A DNA stretch of 64,000 nt from Candidatus Latescibacterota bacterium (GCA_965204375.1 OZ241986.1:2688001-2752000); one strand, 5' to 3'; numbered from the stretch's first letter, positions 48,600 through 59,182 are shown. Translations and numbers: made by a program. The notes: generated by a model from the sequence alone, not told the origin.

Positions 48600-49139
48600 A
48601 TGGCAAACAAAGCGGAAGCAGAAAGAGTATCTATTTGGAGTATTGGAGACGCGGAAAGAACATTGTTTGTGGGCATGGCCTTCGCGTTCTTTGTATTTGG
48701 GTTGGCGTTTGTGCTTTGGTATATTATCAAAGATGGCAGTGTGGATCAGGCAATTTTTGACGGGATAAAAATAGTTGGTCCTGTGGGTCTTTCCGCCGTT
48801 ACTTTAACATTTTTTTTAATAGAAGGGTGGCATCTTATGATTATTCCAGTAGAGAAATACCGCGAAAAATACCGCGAAAAATACCGCGAAAAATACCGTA
48901 AAGAGCGGTTTGAAGAAGGGCGAAAAGAAGGACGAAAAGAAGGTATTGCGCAGGGAATTAAAGAACGTGCTATTGAAGATATCCTCGAAGTATTGGAGAT
49001 TCGCTTTGCGTGCGCTCCATCGCATCCCATAGCGGACCGCCTTGCCGCTATGGACGATGTGCAACGCCTCAAGCAGTTGCTCCGCACAGCGATACAGGTA
49101 TCTGACCTTGAGAAATTTCAACAAGCATTGGACACCTGA
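48600..49139 (+). CDS. Two-TM protein with Rpn-type C-terminal tail
   Basis: Two hydrophobic segments, (EKYR)x4, then EEGRKEGRKEG and ILEVLEIRF...RLKQLLRTA. Confidence 0.65.
   Translation: MANKAEAERVSIWSIGDAERTLFVGMAFAFFVFGLAFVLWYIIKDGSVDQAIFDGIKIVGPVGLSAVTLTFFLIEGWHLMIIPVEKYREKYREKYREKYRKERFEEGRKEGRKEGIAQGIKERAIEDILEVLEIRFACAPSHPIADRLAAMDDVQRLKQLLRTAIQVSDLEKFQQALDT
48852..48899 (+). repeat. In-frame 12-nt tandem repeat (GAAAAATACCGC)x4
   Basis: Read directly; encodes EKYR four times. Confidence 0.9.
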
Positions 49140-49209
49140 TGCGATGATAAATGGAGCGGCGAAGAGGTACGCAATCCTCCAGTTGTAGTATCCTGAGCAA
49201 AATTTTGCA

Positions 49210-51339
49210 TCAACTTTTAATTTTTAACGCGACCACCACACTCTGAAGGGGTTGCAATTTCATCGACACACCTTCATCCGTCAACGCGATACCGGGGTCA
49301 GAATCCGAACCATCAAAAAATTCATAGGTATCGTACACCGGAACCCGATCTATACGCAATAGCAAAACATCTGGCAAGAGATGAATTGGACAAACAACTT
49401 CCCTGACAAAACGCGCATCCAGATTGTGCGCCACCAGCAATCCCGAATGCCGGGTATAGCGCGTATAGGCAAAAACGCGGTCTTCAGAGTCGGTATTGCG
49501 GTGAAAATAAACATGCCCGGTTTGTAACTCAGACTGCTGGCTCACAAATTTGTGCAACGCCTCATAAGCGGCAACAAGCTGTGAATGTGGTTCTCGCTCT
49601 GCCCACTCGGGATGCAACAATGCAGACGATTCAAAATCAGTACGCGCCTCCTCGCCCCATTCTGAACCCCACTCCAAAGCATAGGCTAAATTCACATAAT
49701 GTGCCGTACCCGCCGTCGCATTGATCAGCGAACACTGGATATTGCGCAACAGTGCCATTGCCCGGGATTGATAGCGATCTCGCCAAATTTTTGTCGCGCG
49801 CAGGCTATCGTGATTCTCAAAATAGGCCATTGCCACAGTGCGGGGGGCAAATGTGCCAGAAGTGTGTTCTAAAAAATCGGCATACTGATTTCCGTACTCG
49901 GCATCCCGATGAAAATCCACCAACAATGCGTAAATCATATCCACTGGAATATCCACTGCCTCACCTAACTCGCACAGAGTTTCGCCCAAAACGAGCGCAT
50001 CGGGTTTAACTGCATTGATGCGATTTTTAATCTGCTTCAAAAATGGCCGATCCACCGTTTGGCTCGCATCAATACGCACCCCATCCAGATCACAGGTACG
50101 CATCCAAAAAGGCGCGATTCCCGACAGATAATTTTGCAAGGGCCTGTTAAAAGACAAGTCGAGCAACGCCACATCCGAATAAACCAGCCATGCAATCTGA
50201 TGAATTTTGGGCTGCCCGTGCTCATCCATCACATACCAGTCGGGATATTGTTCAATCAACGGACAATCGCGGCTGGTCTGCATCAACACCAGATCGAAAA
50301 TCACCTGCTTACCCAGCGCGTGTGCCCGCCGCGTTAGCGCGCGCAATTCCGCACGCCCAATCAACTGTATCAGCGTATCGCGCCCGACCCAATCAACCAA
50401 TTCTTTGAATGTGCGAAAATTGTTAAAATCATCGACCTTACGCAACCTCGACAACTGTCGCTCGTGCAATAAAGTCTGCAAATCCAAATCGACAATCAGC
50501 CCATCCGACACCAGCGAAAGAAAATCTACTTCTTCTGGCGGCGTGACCAGATCGGGATCAATCCGATAAAAATCCCTCACGGCATAAACACTCCCCAACA
50601 CGCCTTTGCGCACATCCTGTCCCGTGTGTAAATCTCCAAATCCGGGTTCAAAAAACGGGAGCAAATACACCACATCTGTCCGCATCTCCTCAATCCGCGA
50701 TGTCACATCGCAAAATGTACCACTCACAAATTGCCCATCTTCATCCAGACGCGCGCCAACTTTTCGCACACAGACTTCGGTAATTGAAAGACAGCGGCGA
50801 ACCCGATCGGGGCTGATCGCGATTACCCCATCTCGATTCAGTGCAATATCATTAACCGAAATCCAGGCCTTTGAAGCATCTGACAGCGCCTTATCATCAG
50901 CCGAAAACTCGACCGTATAGTGAAAAACACCCGTCTGATTGATCTGTATCACATCCGATTCGAAAACCAGATTATTCCCCGCAAGAACGGGTTGCCCCAC
51001 CCCATCCACAATCATACGCATAGAAACATAAAAACCTGCACCCGTGCGAAACTCACCCCGCTCATCTACAAAGCCGCGATCATTCACATCGGTCCACACA
51101 CGCGCTTCTACATCGCCCGTGCGACAGGTAGCCAAATCGATATCCGCAACAAATAACTCAGCTCGAACACGCGCTTCTACCGCACTATCAGGCATCAAAA
51201 ATGCCCGAGCCATCACGGTATCATATCGAATACCATCCAACTCAACCGTCAGATTACCAGCCCAGACATCTGCGTTGTCATACGCCTGCACAGCATATCG
51301 CTCGTGCAATTTGTATTTAAATTCCAAACGCTTATCCAC
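49210..51339 (-). CDS. Alpha-amylase family (GH13) glycoside hydrolase
   Basis: Motifs GSVYAVRDF, VIFDLV, DGVRID, LGET and FENHD. Confidence 0.8.
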   Translation of the reverse strand: MDKRLEFKYKLHERYAVQAYDNADVWAGNLTVELDGIRYDTVMARAFLMPDSAVEARVRAELFVADIDLATCRTGDVEARVWTDVNDRGFVDERGEFRTGAGFYVSMRMIVDGVGQPVLAGNNLVFESDVIQINQTGVFHYTVEFSADDKALSDASKAWISVNDIALNRDGVIAISPDRVRRCLSITEVCVRKVGARLDEDGQFVSGTFCDVTSRIEEMRTDVVYLLPFFEPGFGDLHTGQDVRKGVLGSVYAVRDFYRIDPDLVTPPEEVDFLSLVSDGLIVDLDLQTLLHERQLSRLRKVDDFNNFRTFKELVDWVGRDTLIQLIGRAELRALTRRAHALGKQVIFDLVLMQTSRDCPLIEQYPDWYVMDEHGQPKIHQIAWLVYSDVALLDLSFNRPLQNYLSGIAPFWMRTCDLDGVRIDASQTVDRPFLKQIKNRINAVKPDALVLGETLCELGEAVDIPVDMIYALLVDFHRDAEYGNQYADFLEHTSGTFAPRTVAMAYFENHDSLRATKIWRDRYQSRAMALLRNIQCSLINATAGTAHYVNLAYALEWGSEWGEEARTDFESSALLHPEWAEREPHSQLVAAYEALHKFVSQQSELQTGHVYFHRNTDSEDRVFAYTRYTRHSGLLVAHNLDARFVREVVCPIHLLPDVLLLRIDRVPVYDTYEFFDGSDSDPGIALTDEGVSMKLQPLQSVVVALKIKS

Positions 51340-51573
51340 ATGCTCTCCCTGTAAAACAACCGCACTTTCATACCCTGGACAATATATGAAAGTTTGTTAG
51401 GAAAATCTCAATAAACTGGGGACTGATAGCCTGGCGGTAGGGCTGGGTGGTTTCTCACTTCACACTTCTTTTGTAATACGCATTTAACAGATAAGAAACG
51501 GTAAAGAAATATACGTCTAATATATTCAACCGTCAGTTTACGCCACCCCAACTATCTCAGGGAGGAATACAGT

Positions 51574-51912
51574 ATGAAACTCATCACAGCAGTCATCCAG
51601 CCCCACAAGCTGGACGATGTGCGCGCAGCACTCGGCGACATCGGCATCCAGGGCATGACCGTTACTGAAGCACGCGGCTTTGGACGCCAAAGAGGACACC
51701 GAGAAGTCTATCGCGGTGCCGAATACATCGTCGATTTTCTACCCAAAGTCAAGCTGGAGATCGCCATCAATGACGATGAAGTTGACCGCGCTATTGATGC
51801 GATAGAGAACGCTGCCAAAACGGGCAATGTAGGCGATGGAAAGATATTCGTTGCGGATTTGGGACAAGCTGTTCGCATTCGAACGGGCGAAACCGGGCCC
51901 GATGCACTGTAA
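51574..51912 (+). CDS. glnK: P-II nitrogen regulator, copy 1
   Basis: GFGRQRGHREVYRGAEY T-loop and GDGKIF; upstream of amtB. Confidence 0.95.
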   Translation: MKLITAVIQPHKLDDVRAALGDIGIQGMTVTEARGFGRQRGHREVYRGAEYIVDFLPKVKLEIAINDDEVDRAIDAIENAAKTGNVGDGKIFVADLGQAVRIRTGETGPDAL

Positions 51913-51938
51913 CACAATACATATCTCAGGAGAATACA

Positions 51939-53267
51939 ATGATTAAACGCCATAACATCTTTACCTTGCTCATCGGCCTGGCATTGTTGCTGGCCTTGCC
52001 CAACATCGCGCTTGCCGACGCACATGAACCCAACTCAGGCGATACAGCCTGGATGCTTACTTCAACTGCCCTGGTGCTATTTATGACCATCCCCGGCCTC
52101 GCCCTCTTTTACGGCGGCCTCGTACGCACCAAAAATGTTTTGTCTGTTCTCATGCAGTGTTTCGCCCTCACCGCCATCATGACCCTGGTCTGGGTCATCA
52201 TCGGCTATAGCCTCGCCTTCAACACCGATGGCATGGAAGCCGGTACCACCAACATAAATTCCTTTGTCGGCGGTTTAGGCACCATGTTCTTATCCGGTGT
52301 AACCGCCAGCAGCCTGTCTGGCACCATTCCCGAAACAGTTTTCATCACCTTCCAGATGACCTTTGCCATTATCACCCCGGCCCTCATCGTCGGGGCTTTT
52401 GCAGAGCGCATGAAATTCTCGGCCATGATCCTGTTCTCAATCCTCTGGTCCATGGTAGTCTATGCACCTATCTGCCACATGGCCTGGAGTGGCGACGGTT
52501 CCTTCTTTGGCGACATGGGCGTACTCGACTTTGCAGGCGGCACGGTTGTACACATCAACGCGGGTATTGCAGCACTCGTTGCATGTATTGTCATTGGCAA
52601 ACGCCAGGGCTATCCCGACACGCTCATGGCTCCTCACAGCCTGACAATCACCGTTATAGGCGCGTCCATGCTGTGGGTCGGCTGGTTCGGCTTTAATGCC
52701 GGAAGTGCTGTCGCTGCCGACGGAGCCGCAGGTATGGCCATGCTCGTCACACAGGTAGCCACTGCATCTGCAACACTGGGCTGGATCGCAGCCGAATGGA
52801 TCAAACTCGGCAAACCCAGTATTCTGGGTGCAGTCACAGGCGCTGTTGCCGGTCTCGTCGCCATCACCCCCGCTTCGGGCAGTGTAGGACCAATGGGTGC
52901 AATAGTCGTTGGTCTGGCATCTGGTGTCCTCTGCTTCTGGGCCGCCACCAGCCTCAAGCGCGCATTGGGTTATGACGACTCCCTCGATGCTTTCGGTGTT
53001 CACGGCATAGGCGGTATTGTAGGTGCGCTCCTCACGGGCATCTTTGCCGCTGAAAGCCTCGGTGGACAAGGACTCAGTGCCGATTCTATCGGCGGACAAT
53101 TCGTCGTACAGCTCATCGGCGTCGTCTTCACCATCGTCTATTGCGGTGTCTTATCCTTCATCTTGCTCAAAATCGTCGATGCCATTGTTGGCCTACGCGT
53201 CTCGCAAGACGAAGAAACCGAAGGACTCGATATCTCGCTCCACGACGAACGCGGCTACAATTATTAA
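51939..53267 (+). CDS. amtB: Ammonium transporter, copy 1
   Basis: Motifs FQMTFAII, DFAGGTVVH, WFGFNAGS and DDSLDAFGVHG. Confidence 0.97.
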   Translation: MIKRHNIFTLLIGLALLLALPNIALADAHEPNSGDTAWMLTSTALVLFMTIPGLALFYGGLVRTKNVLSVLMQCFALTAIMTLVWVIIGYSLAFNTDGMEAGTTNINSFVGGLGTMFLSGVTASSLSGTIPETVFITFQMTFAIITPALIVGAFAERMKFSAMILFSILWSMVVYAPICHMAWSGDGSFFGDMGVLDFAGGTVVHINAGIAALVACIVIGKRQGYPDTLMAPHSLTITVIGASMLWVGWFGFNAGSAVAADGAAGMAMLVTQVATASATLGWIAAEWIKLGKPSILGAVTGAVAGLVAITPASGSVGPMGAIVVGLASGVLCFWAATSLKRALGYDDSLDAFGVHGIGGIVGALLTGIFAAESLGGQGLSADSIGGQFVVQLIGVVFTIVYCGVLSFILLKIVDAIVGLRVSQDEETEGLDISLHDERGYNY

Positions 53268-53284
53268 AAACTCTTAGCCAAACC

Positions 53285-53356
53285 AAAAGAGCGGGCACGA
53301 TGTGTCCGCTCTTTTTTTATTTTTTTAGCGCACTTCTTGAAGAAGTGCGTTTTTTT
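53285..53356 (+). terminator. Two consecutive Rho-independent terminators after amtB copy 1
   Basis: AAAAGAGCGGGCAC...GTGTCCGCTCTTTTTTT and GCGCACTTCT-TGA-AGAAGTGCGT followed by a T run. Confidence 0.8.
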
Positions 53357-53451
53357 CTTTCTATTTCAAAAATCGGGTTTTATAATACACGACCTCGTAA
53401 ATGGATCGAAAAGCGATCCCGACCACACACCTTATAAAGAAGGAGTTTAGA

Positions 53452-53790
53452 ATGAAACTCATCACAGCAGTCATCCAGCCCCACAAGCTGGACGATGTGC
53501 GCGCAGCACTCGGCGACATCGGCATCCAGGGCATGACCGTCACCGAAGCACGCGGCTTTGGACGCCAAAGAGGACACCGAGAGGTCTATCGCGGAGCCGA
53601 ATACATCGTCGATTTTCTGCCCAAAGCCAAGCTGGAGATCGCCGTCAATGACGATGAAGTAGATCGCGCCATTGATGCGATAGAGCATGCAGCTAAAACC
53701 GGCAACGTAGGTGATGGGAAAATTTTTGTCACAGACTTGGGACAAGCTGTTCGCATTCGAACGGGCGAAACCGGACCCGACGCACTTTAG
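53452..53790 (+). CDS. glnK: P-II nitrogen regulator, copy 2
   Basis: Near-identical to copy 1; AAGGAG RBS before ATG 53452. Confidence 0.95.
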   Translation: MKLITAVIQPHKLDDVRAALGDIGIQGMTVTEARGFGRQRGHREVYRGAEYIVDFLPKAKLEIAVNDDEVDRAIDAIEHAAKTGNVGDGKIFVTDLGQAVRIRTGETGPDAL

Positions 53791-53826
53791 AACCACAAAA
53801 TGAAAAACTCTGGAGGGAACACAAAT

Positions 53827-55152
53827 ATGAAACGCCACATACCCATCTTTGCAAGCCTCATGCTCGTCTTAGGACTGCCAGACCTCGCGCTTGCCGACGC
53901 ACACGAACAACTCAACGGCAGTGACACAGCCTGGCTACTCACCTCAACTGCCCTGGTGCTATTTATGACCATCCCCGGCCTCGCCCTCTTTTACGGCGGC
54001 CTCGTACGCGCCAAAAATGTACTCTCCGTCCTCATGCAGTGTTTCGCACTCACCGCAATATTGAGCGTCGTCTGGGTCATCATCGGCTATAGCCTTGCCT
54101 TCAATACCAATGGCATGACAGCAGGTACCACGAATTTCAACTCCTTCATCGGTGGCCTGGGCACTGCGTTCTTATCCGGTGTGACAGCCGATAGCCTATC
54201 TGGCACCATTCCAGAAACGGTCTTCATCACCTTTCAAATGACCTTCTTCATCATCACACCTGCGCTCATTGTCGGGGCTTTTGCCGAACGCATGAAATTT
54301 TCAGCCGTACTCTTATTCTCTGTACTCTGGGGCATTTTTGTTTACGCGCCCATCTGCCACATGACATGGGGTGGTGACGGTTCCCTCTTTGGCGACATGG
54401 GCGTGCTCGACTTTGCAGGTGGACTCGTCGTACACATCAACGCGGGTATCGCAGCACTGGTCGCGTGCATTGTCATTGGCAAACGCCAGGGCTATCCCGA
54501 CGCACAAATTTTGCCACACAGCCTCAGCCTTACAGTCGTTGGCGCGTCCATGCTGTGGGTTGGTTGGTTCGGCTTTAATGCCGGAAGTGCTGTCGCTGCC
54601 GACGGAGCCGCAGGAATGGCCATGCTCGTCACGCAGATATCTGCTGCAGTCGCCACCTCCACCTGGATGTTTATCGAATGGATCAAAAACGGCAAACCCA
54701 GTATTTTAGGTGCTGTCACGGGCACCATTGCCGGATTGGGTGCCATTACACCAGCTTCGGGCAGCGTAGGCCCCCTGGGCGCAATTGTCATCGGCCTTGC
54801 TGCCGGTGCGATTTGCTTTTGGGCATCCACCACACTCAAACGCAAGTTGGGCTATGACGACTCCCTCGACGTCTTCGGCGTTCACGGCGTGGGCGGCATT
54901 ATTGGCACCCTGCTATGTGGTATTTTTGTCGTCAAAAGTCTGGGCGGTCAGGGATTGGCCGAAGGCATGACCATGGGCAGTCAATTCACCGCGCAACTGA
55001 CAGCGGTCATTATCACCATCGTCTATTGCGGCGTAGTATCCTTCATCCTGCTCAAAATCGTTGACGCCGCCGTTGGCCTGCGCGTCTCGCAAGAAGAAGA
55101 AACCGGAGGACTCGATATTGCCCTCCACGACGAACGCGGCTACAATTATTAA
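53827..55152 (+). CDS. amtB: Ammonium transporter, copy 2
   Basis: Motifs FQMTFFII, DFAGGLVVH, WFGFNAGS and DDSLDVFGVHG. Confidence 0.97.
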   Translation: MKRHIPIFASLMLVLGLPDLALADAHEQLNGSDTAWLLTSTALVLFMTIPGLALFYGGLVRAKNVLSVLMQCFALTAILSVVWVIIGYSLAFNTNGMTAGTTNFNSFIGGLGTAFLSGVTADSLSGTIPETVFITFQMTFFIITPALIVGAFAERMKFSAVLLFSVLWGIFVYAPICHMTWGGDGSLFGDMGVLDFAGGLVVHINAGIAALVACIVIGKRQGYPDAQILPHSLSLTVVGASMLWVGWFGFNAGSAVAADGAAGMAMLVTQISAAVATSTWMFIEWIKNGKPSILGAVTGTIAGLGAITPASGSVGPLGAIVIGLAAGAICFWASTTLKRKLGYDDSLDVFGVHGVGGIIGTLLCGIFVVKSLGGQGLAEGMTMGSQFTAQLTAVIITIVYCGVVSFILLKIVDAAVGLRVSQEEETGGLDIALHDERGYNY

Positions 55153-55171
55153 CCTGCTTGACAAATCAGAC

Positions 55172-55203
55172 AAAAAAAGCGGGCACATTGTACCCGCTTT
55201 TTT
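55172..55203 (+). terminator. Rho-independent terminator after amtB copy 2
   Basis: AAAAAAAGCGGGCAC-ATT-GTACCCGCTTTTTT, a paralog of the 53285 hairpin. Confidence 0.8.
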
Positions 55204-55279
55204 TATTGTTGCAATTATTTTCCAGACACCTTTATTTCTCACCGACAACCGTCACAATCCACTACAGAAAGGAACAAAG

Positions 55280-56239
55280 ATGAAAATTGTTTTACACCCC
55301 CCTGTCGATGAAGACCTTTGCCAACAAGTGCGAGACACAGCCCCCAACGCCGAAGTTGTCATGGCAGATAATCACAATGTCATCGAGGCCATCGCAGATG
55401 CCGAAATTATATTTGGAAATTTTTCGTCTGAAATTGTCAGTGCAGCCCCCAATCTCAAATGGATTCAATCCACGAGTGCCGGCATGGACAAAGCACTGAT
55501 CCCCGAAGTCGCCAACAGCGACATCACAATATGCAATGCCAGCGGCGTCCATGCCGTTCAGGTCGCCGAACACGCCTGGGCACTCACCACTGCCCTCACG
55601 CGCGGGCTACACGTTTCTTTTCGCCATCAACTCGACCATGCCTGGACGCGCCCTCCACTCGCCGACTTATTGGAAGCCACTATTCTCATCGTCGGATTTG
55701 GCGGCATTGGTCAATACTATGCACAACTCGCCCAGGGCTATGACGCGCGTCTGATTGCGCTGGATATCCAGGGCGGTGACAAACCCGATTACGTCGAAGC
55801 GATCTGGGACATGGATCGTCTGGATGAAGGTCTGCAAATAGCCGATGTCGTATTTATCGCCGTGCCGTACACACCCGAAACCGAAAAACTCATCAATGCC
55901 CGCACCCTGAGCCTGATGAAAAAAACCGCCTTTCTGGTCAACACCGCACGCGGTCCCATCGTCGATGAAGCCGCTTTGGCAGAGGGCCTCAAAAACGGCG
56001 AAATCGCCGGTGCTGGCCTGGACGTATTTGAAAAAGAACCCCTGTCTCCCGACAGCCCACTCTGGGACATGGAAAATGTCATTATCACCCCACATGCAGC
56101 TGGCGGGTCTCCCAATCGACACAACCGAACCGTCGGCTTCTTCTGCCAAAACCTGAAACGCTATCAGGCGGGCGAACCGCTCTTTAACGAAGTCGATAAA
56201 TCCCTCGGATATCCAAAACGGGAACGGCGCGTCACATGA
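55280..56239 (+). CDS. D-2-hydroxyacid dehydrogenase family protein
   Basis: Motifs IVGFGGIG, VNTARG, AGLDVFEKEP and ITPHAAG. Start at ATG 55280. Confidence 0.92.
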   Translation: MKIVLHPPVDEDLCQQVRDTAPNAEVVMADNHNVIEAIADAEIIFGNFSSEIVSAAPNLKWIQSTSAGMDKALIPEVANSDITICNASGVHAVQVAEHAWALTTALTRGLHVSFRHQLDHAWTRPPLADLLEATILIVGFGGIGQYYAQLAQGYDARLIALDIQGGDKPDYVEAIWDMDRLDEGLQIADVVFIAVPYTPETEKLINARTLSLMKKTAFLVNTARGPIVDEAALAEGLKNGEIAGAGLDVFEKEPLSPDSPLWDMENVIITPHAAGGSPNRHNRTVGFFCQNLKRYQAGEPLFNEVDKSLGYPKRERRVT

Positions 56240-56251
56240 GAAGGAAATTGA

Positions 56252-59032
56252 ATGCGCCTATCGTGGAATGAAATTCGCATCCGTGCGGCCCAGTTTGCCC
56301 AAGACTGGAAAGATGCTGGCTACGAGAAGGGTGAGACACAGAGCTTTTACAACGAGTTTTTCGACATTTTCGACGTAAAGCGGCGTACGGTTGCCCGCTA
56401 CGAGGAGCACGTCCAGCGATTGGATAACTCTCGCGGCTTTATCGACCTGTTTTGGCCGGGGGTGTTGCTCGTTGAGCAGAAGAGCGCGGGGGTCAATCTG
56501 GCGGCGGCTCGCAAGCAGGCGGGCACCTATTTCGACGCTCTGCCAGAGCGTGACCGTCCGCGCTATCAGTTGCTCTGCGACTTTCAGACCTTTGAGCTGC
56601 TTGATCGAGACGAGCGAGAGGAAGTCTCTTTCGCCCTCGCCGATTTGCCCCAACACGTCGAAAAGTTCGGTTTTATCCTCGGCGTCCAAAAGCGCACCTT
56701 CCGCGACCAGGATCCGGTCAATATCGAAGCATCCGAGCGCGTAGGTCAACTTCACGACGCGCTGGCCGCTTCCGGCTATACGGGCCACGATCTCGAACAG
56801 TTCCTCGTCCGCATCGTTTTCTGCCTGTTCGCCGATGATACCGGCATCTTTGAGCCACGCGACATTTTCTTCGACTTTTTAGAGAACCGCACGCAAAAAG
56901 ATGGATCAGACCTCGGCGGCTGGCTGGCGCAATTGTTCCAGATACTCAACACGCCTGAAGACCGTCGCCCGACCACTCTGGACGAAGACCTCAACCTTTT
57001 TCCATACATCAATGGCGACCTATTCCGCGACCCACTGCTCATTCCGTCGTTTGATTCCGAGATGCGCCAGCGTCTAATTGATGCCTGCACCTTTGATTGG
57101 TCAAGTATTTCGCCAGCGATCTTCGGTTCGCTCTTTCAATCCGTCATGGACAAGGACGAGCGCAGGGCACAGGGAGCGCATTACACCACCGAAAAGAACA
57201 TCCTCAAGGTCATTGAACCGCTGTTTCTCGATGCTTTGCGTGCTGAGTTCCACCACCTCAAGTCTCGTCGTGACAGTCGGCGCATCCCCGAAATGATTGC
57301 CTTTCAGCAACGGCTCGGGGAGTTGCGCTTTCTCGATCCGGCCTGCGGTTGCGGCAATTTTCTGATCATTGCCTACCGCGAATTGCGGGCGTTGGAAATT
57401 GAGGTGCTCAAGGAGATTCGTCCACGCGGACAACTCGATGCTCTGGCAGAGTTGCTTTCTGTCGTGGATGTGGATCAGTTCTACGGTATTGAGTTGGGAG
57501 AATTTCCCGCGCACATTGCCGAGGTCGCACTGTGGATGATGGATCACCTGATGAACAATCGTCTAAGCCTGGAGTTCGGCCAGACTTATGCACGTATTCC
57601 GCTGGAAAAATCGCCGCATATTTGGCACGGAGACGCGCTGGAGACCGATTGGAACGACCTTCTCCCGTCCGGCGAATGTTCTTATGTACTGGGTAATCCG
57701 CCGTTTGTGGGTGCAAAATTCCAATCCCCAGCGCAACGCGAACAGGTAAGCCACATCGCTGCGTTGGGCAAAGGCAGGGGCACTCTCGATTACGTCACTG
57801 CTTGGTTTATCAAGGCTGGTGAATACGTGCAACAGGGCGCGGCACAGATCGGTTTTGTAGCGACCAATTCCATCACGCAAGGCGAACAAGTGGCGCAACT
57901 CTGGCCGATCCTATTTGACCGATATAAGCTGGACATCGCCTTCGCGCACCGCACCTTTGCCTGGGGATCGGACGCCCGCGGTATGGCGCATGTTCATGTC
58001 ATCATTATCGGACTGACTAAACGGGATGATGCGCCGCGAGAGAACCGTTTATTTTCCTACGACCATCCCAAAGGCGAGCCGCACGAGAGCCGCCACGCAG
58101 CCCTTTCGCCCTACCTGTTCGACGCGGGCGGCCTCGCCAATCCGCGCATCGTGGTAAAATCAGAACACCGACCAATTAACAGACTGCCGAGATTGATCAC
58201 TGGAACTCAACCTCTTGAAAGAGGGTTTTTGGTTTTTAATCGACACGAGCGCGATCAATTTCTATCTGTCGAACCGGAGGCGCAGAATTTCTTTCGTCTA
58301 TTTCTCGGATCTTATGAGTTCATCAATGGCATCGAACGCTGGATTTTGCATACTCAGGATATAGAACCAAAAGATCTGAGGCAGTTGCCAGAAATAGTAA
58401 AACGACTGCGGTCCGTATCTGAATTTCGTGGATCAAGTAAACGCACTACAACATTGGCGTTATCAAAGTATCCTTCCCTGTATGGTGTAACCGTTTTGCC
58501 AGATAGTCCATTTTTGGTCTGTCCACAAGTAAGTTCCGAGCGGCGCGAATACATCCCAATAGGATGGTTACAACCGCCAACTATTCCGAGTGAGAAGTTG
58601 CGGGTGCTTTTAAATGCAGACCTATGGCATTTCGCCCTGCTCACCTCCGCTATGCACATGGCGTGGATGCGGACGGTCACGGGGCGTCTGAAAAGCGACT
58701 ACATGTATTCTGTCGGCGTAGTGTACAACACCTTCCCCCTCCCCCCTGTCCCCGCAGAACGACTACAACGTCTCACGCCCTACGCCGAAGCCGTGCTCTC
58801 CACCCGCGCCGCCCATCCCGACGCCACCCTCGCCGACCTCTACGATCCCGACTTCATGCCAGTTAATCTCCGCAAGGCACACCAGGCCCTTGACCGTGCA
58901 GTTGATCACCTGTACCGCCGTTCTCCATTTTCCACTGACCGTGAACGTGTCGAACACCTGCTTGTCTTATACGAAAAAATGATCACCCCCCTCTCCGCTC
59001 CAAAACCAAAGCGAAGACGAAGGCGACCATAG
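56252..59032 (+). CDS. MmeI/YeeA-like Type IIL restriction-modification enzyme
   Basis: N-terminal IDLFWPGVLLVEQKS (PD-ExK), GAHYT, DPACGCGNFL, GNPPF and C-terminal LADLYDP. Confidence 0.92.
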   Translation: MRLSWNEIRIRAAQFAQDWKDAGYEKGETQSFYNEFFDIFDVKRRTVARYEEHVQRLDNSRGFIDLFWPGVLLVEQKSAGVNLAAARKQAGTYFDALPERDRPRYQLLCDFQTFELLDRDEREEVSFALADLPQHVEKFGFILGVQKRTFRDQDPVNIEASERVGQLHDALAASGYTGHDLEQFLVRIVFCLFADDTGIFEPRDIFFDFLENRTQKDGSDLGGWLAQLFQILNTPEDRRPTTLDEDLNLFPYINGDLFRDPLLIPSFDSEMRQRLIDACTFDWSSISPAIFGSLFQSVMDKDERRAQGAHYTTEKNILKVIEPLFLDALRAEFHHLKSRRDSRRIPEMIAFQQRLGELRFLDPACGCGNFLIIAYRELRALEIEVLKEIRPRGQLDALAELLSVVDVDQFYGIELGEFPAHIAEVALWMMDHLMNNRLSLEFGQTYARIPLEKSPHIWHGDALETDWNDLLPSGECSYVLGNPPFVGAKFQSPAQREQVSHIAALGKGRGTLDYVTAWFIKAGEYVQQGAAQIGFVATNSITQGEQVAQLWPILFDRYKLDIAFAHRTFAWGSDARGMAHVHVIIIGLTKRDDAPRENRLFSYDHPKGEPHESRHAALSPYLFDAGGLANPRIVVKSEHRPINRLPRLITGTQPLERGFLVFNRHERDQFLSVEPEAQNFFRLFLGSYEFINGIERWILHTQDIEPKDLRQLPEIVKRLRSVSEFRGSSKRTTTLALSKYPSLYGVTVLPDSPFLVCPQVSSERREYIPIGWLQPPTIPSEKLRVLLNADLWHFALLTSAMHMAWMRTVTGRLKSDYMYSVGVVYNTFPLPPVPAERLQRLTPYAEAVLSTRAAHPDATLADLYDPDFMPVNLRKAHQALDRAVDHLYRRSPFSTDRERVEHLLVLYEKMITPLSAPKPKRRRRRP

Positions 59033-59182
59033 ACCCAAAGCGATACAGGATTACATCAGGTGTCCAAGAAAAGGCTGTTTTGTATATTGTTTTCTTCAGG
59101 TCATTTTTATATTTTGTGAACGTGATATGCCATGTGTGAGAACGGGGAATGTCGTAAATACTTCGACTGAAAGGACTGTATA

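Noticed and set aside
51472-51489. TGTAA-N8-TAACA upstream of glnK as a GlnR/TnrA box
   Set aside because: The spacing is one base longer than TGTNA-N7-TNACA and the regulator family is unknown for this lineage.
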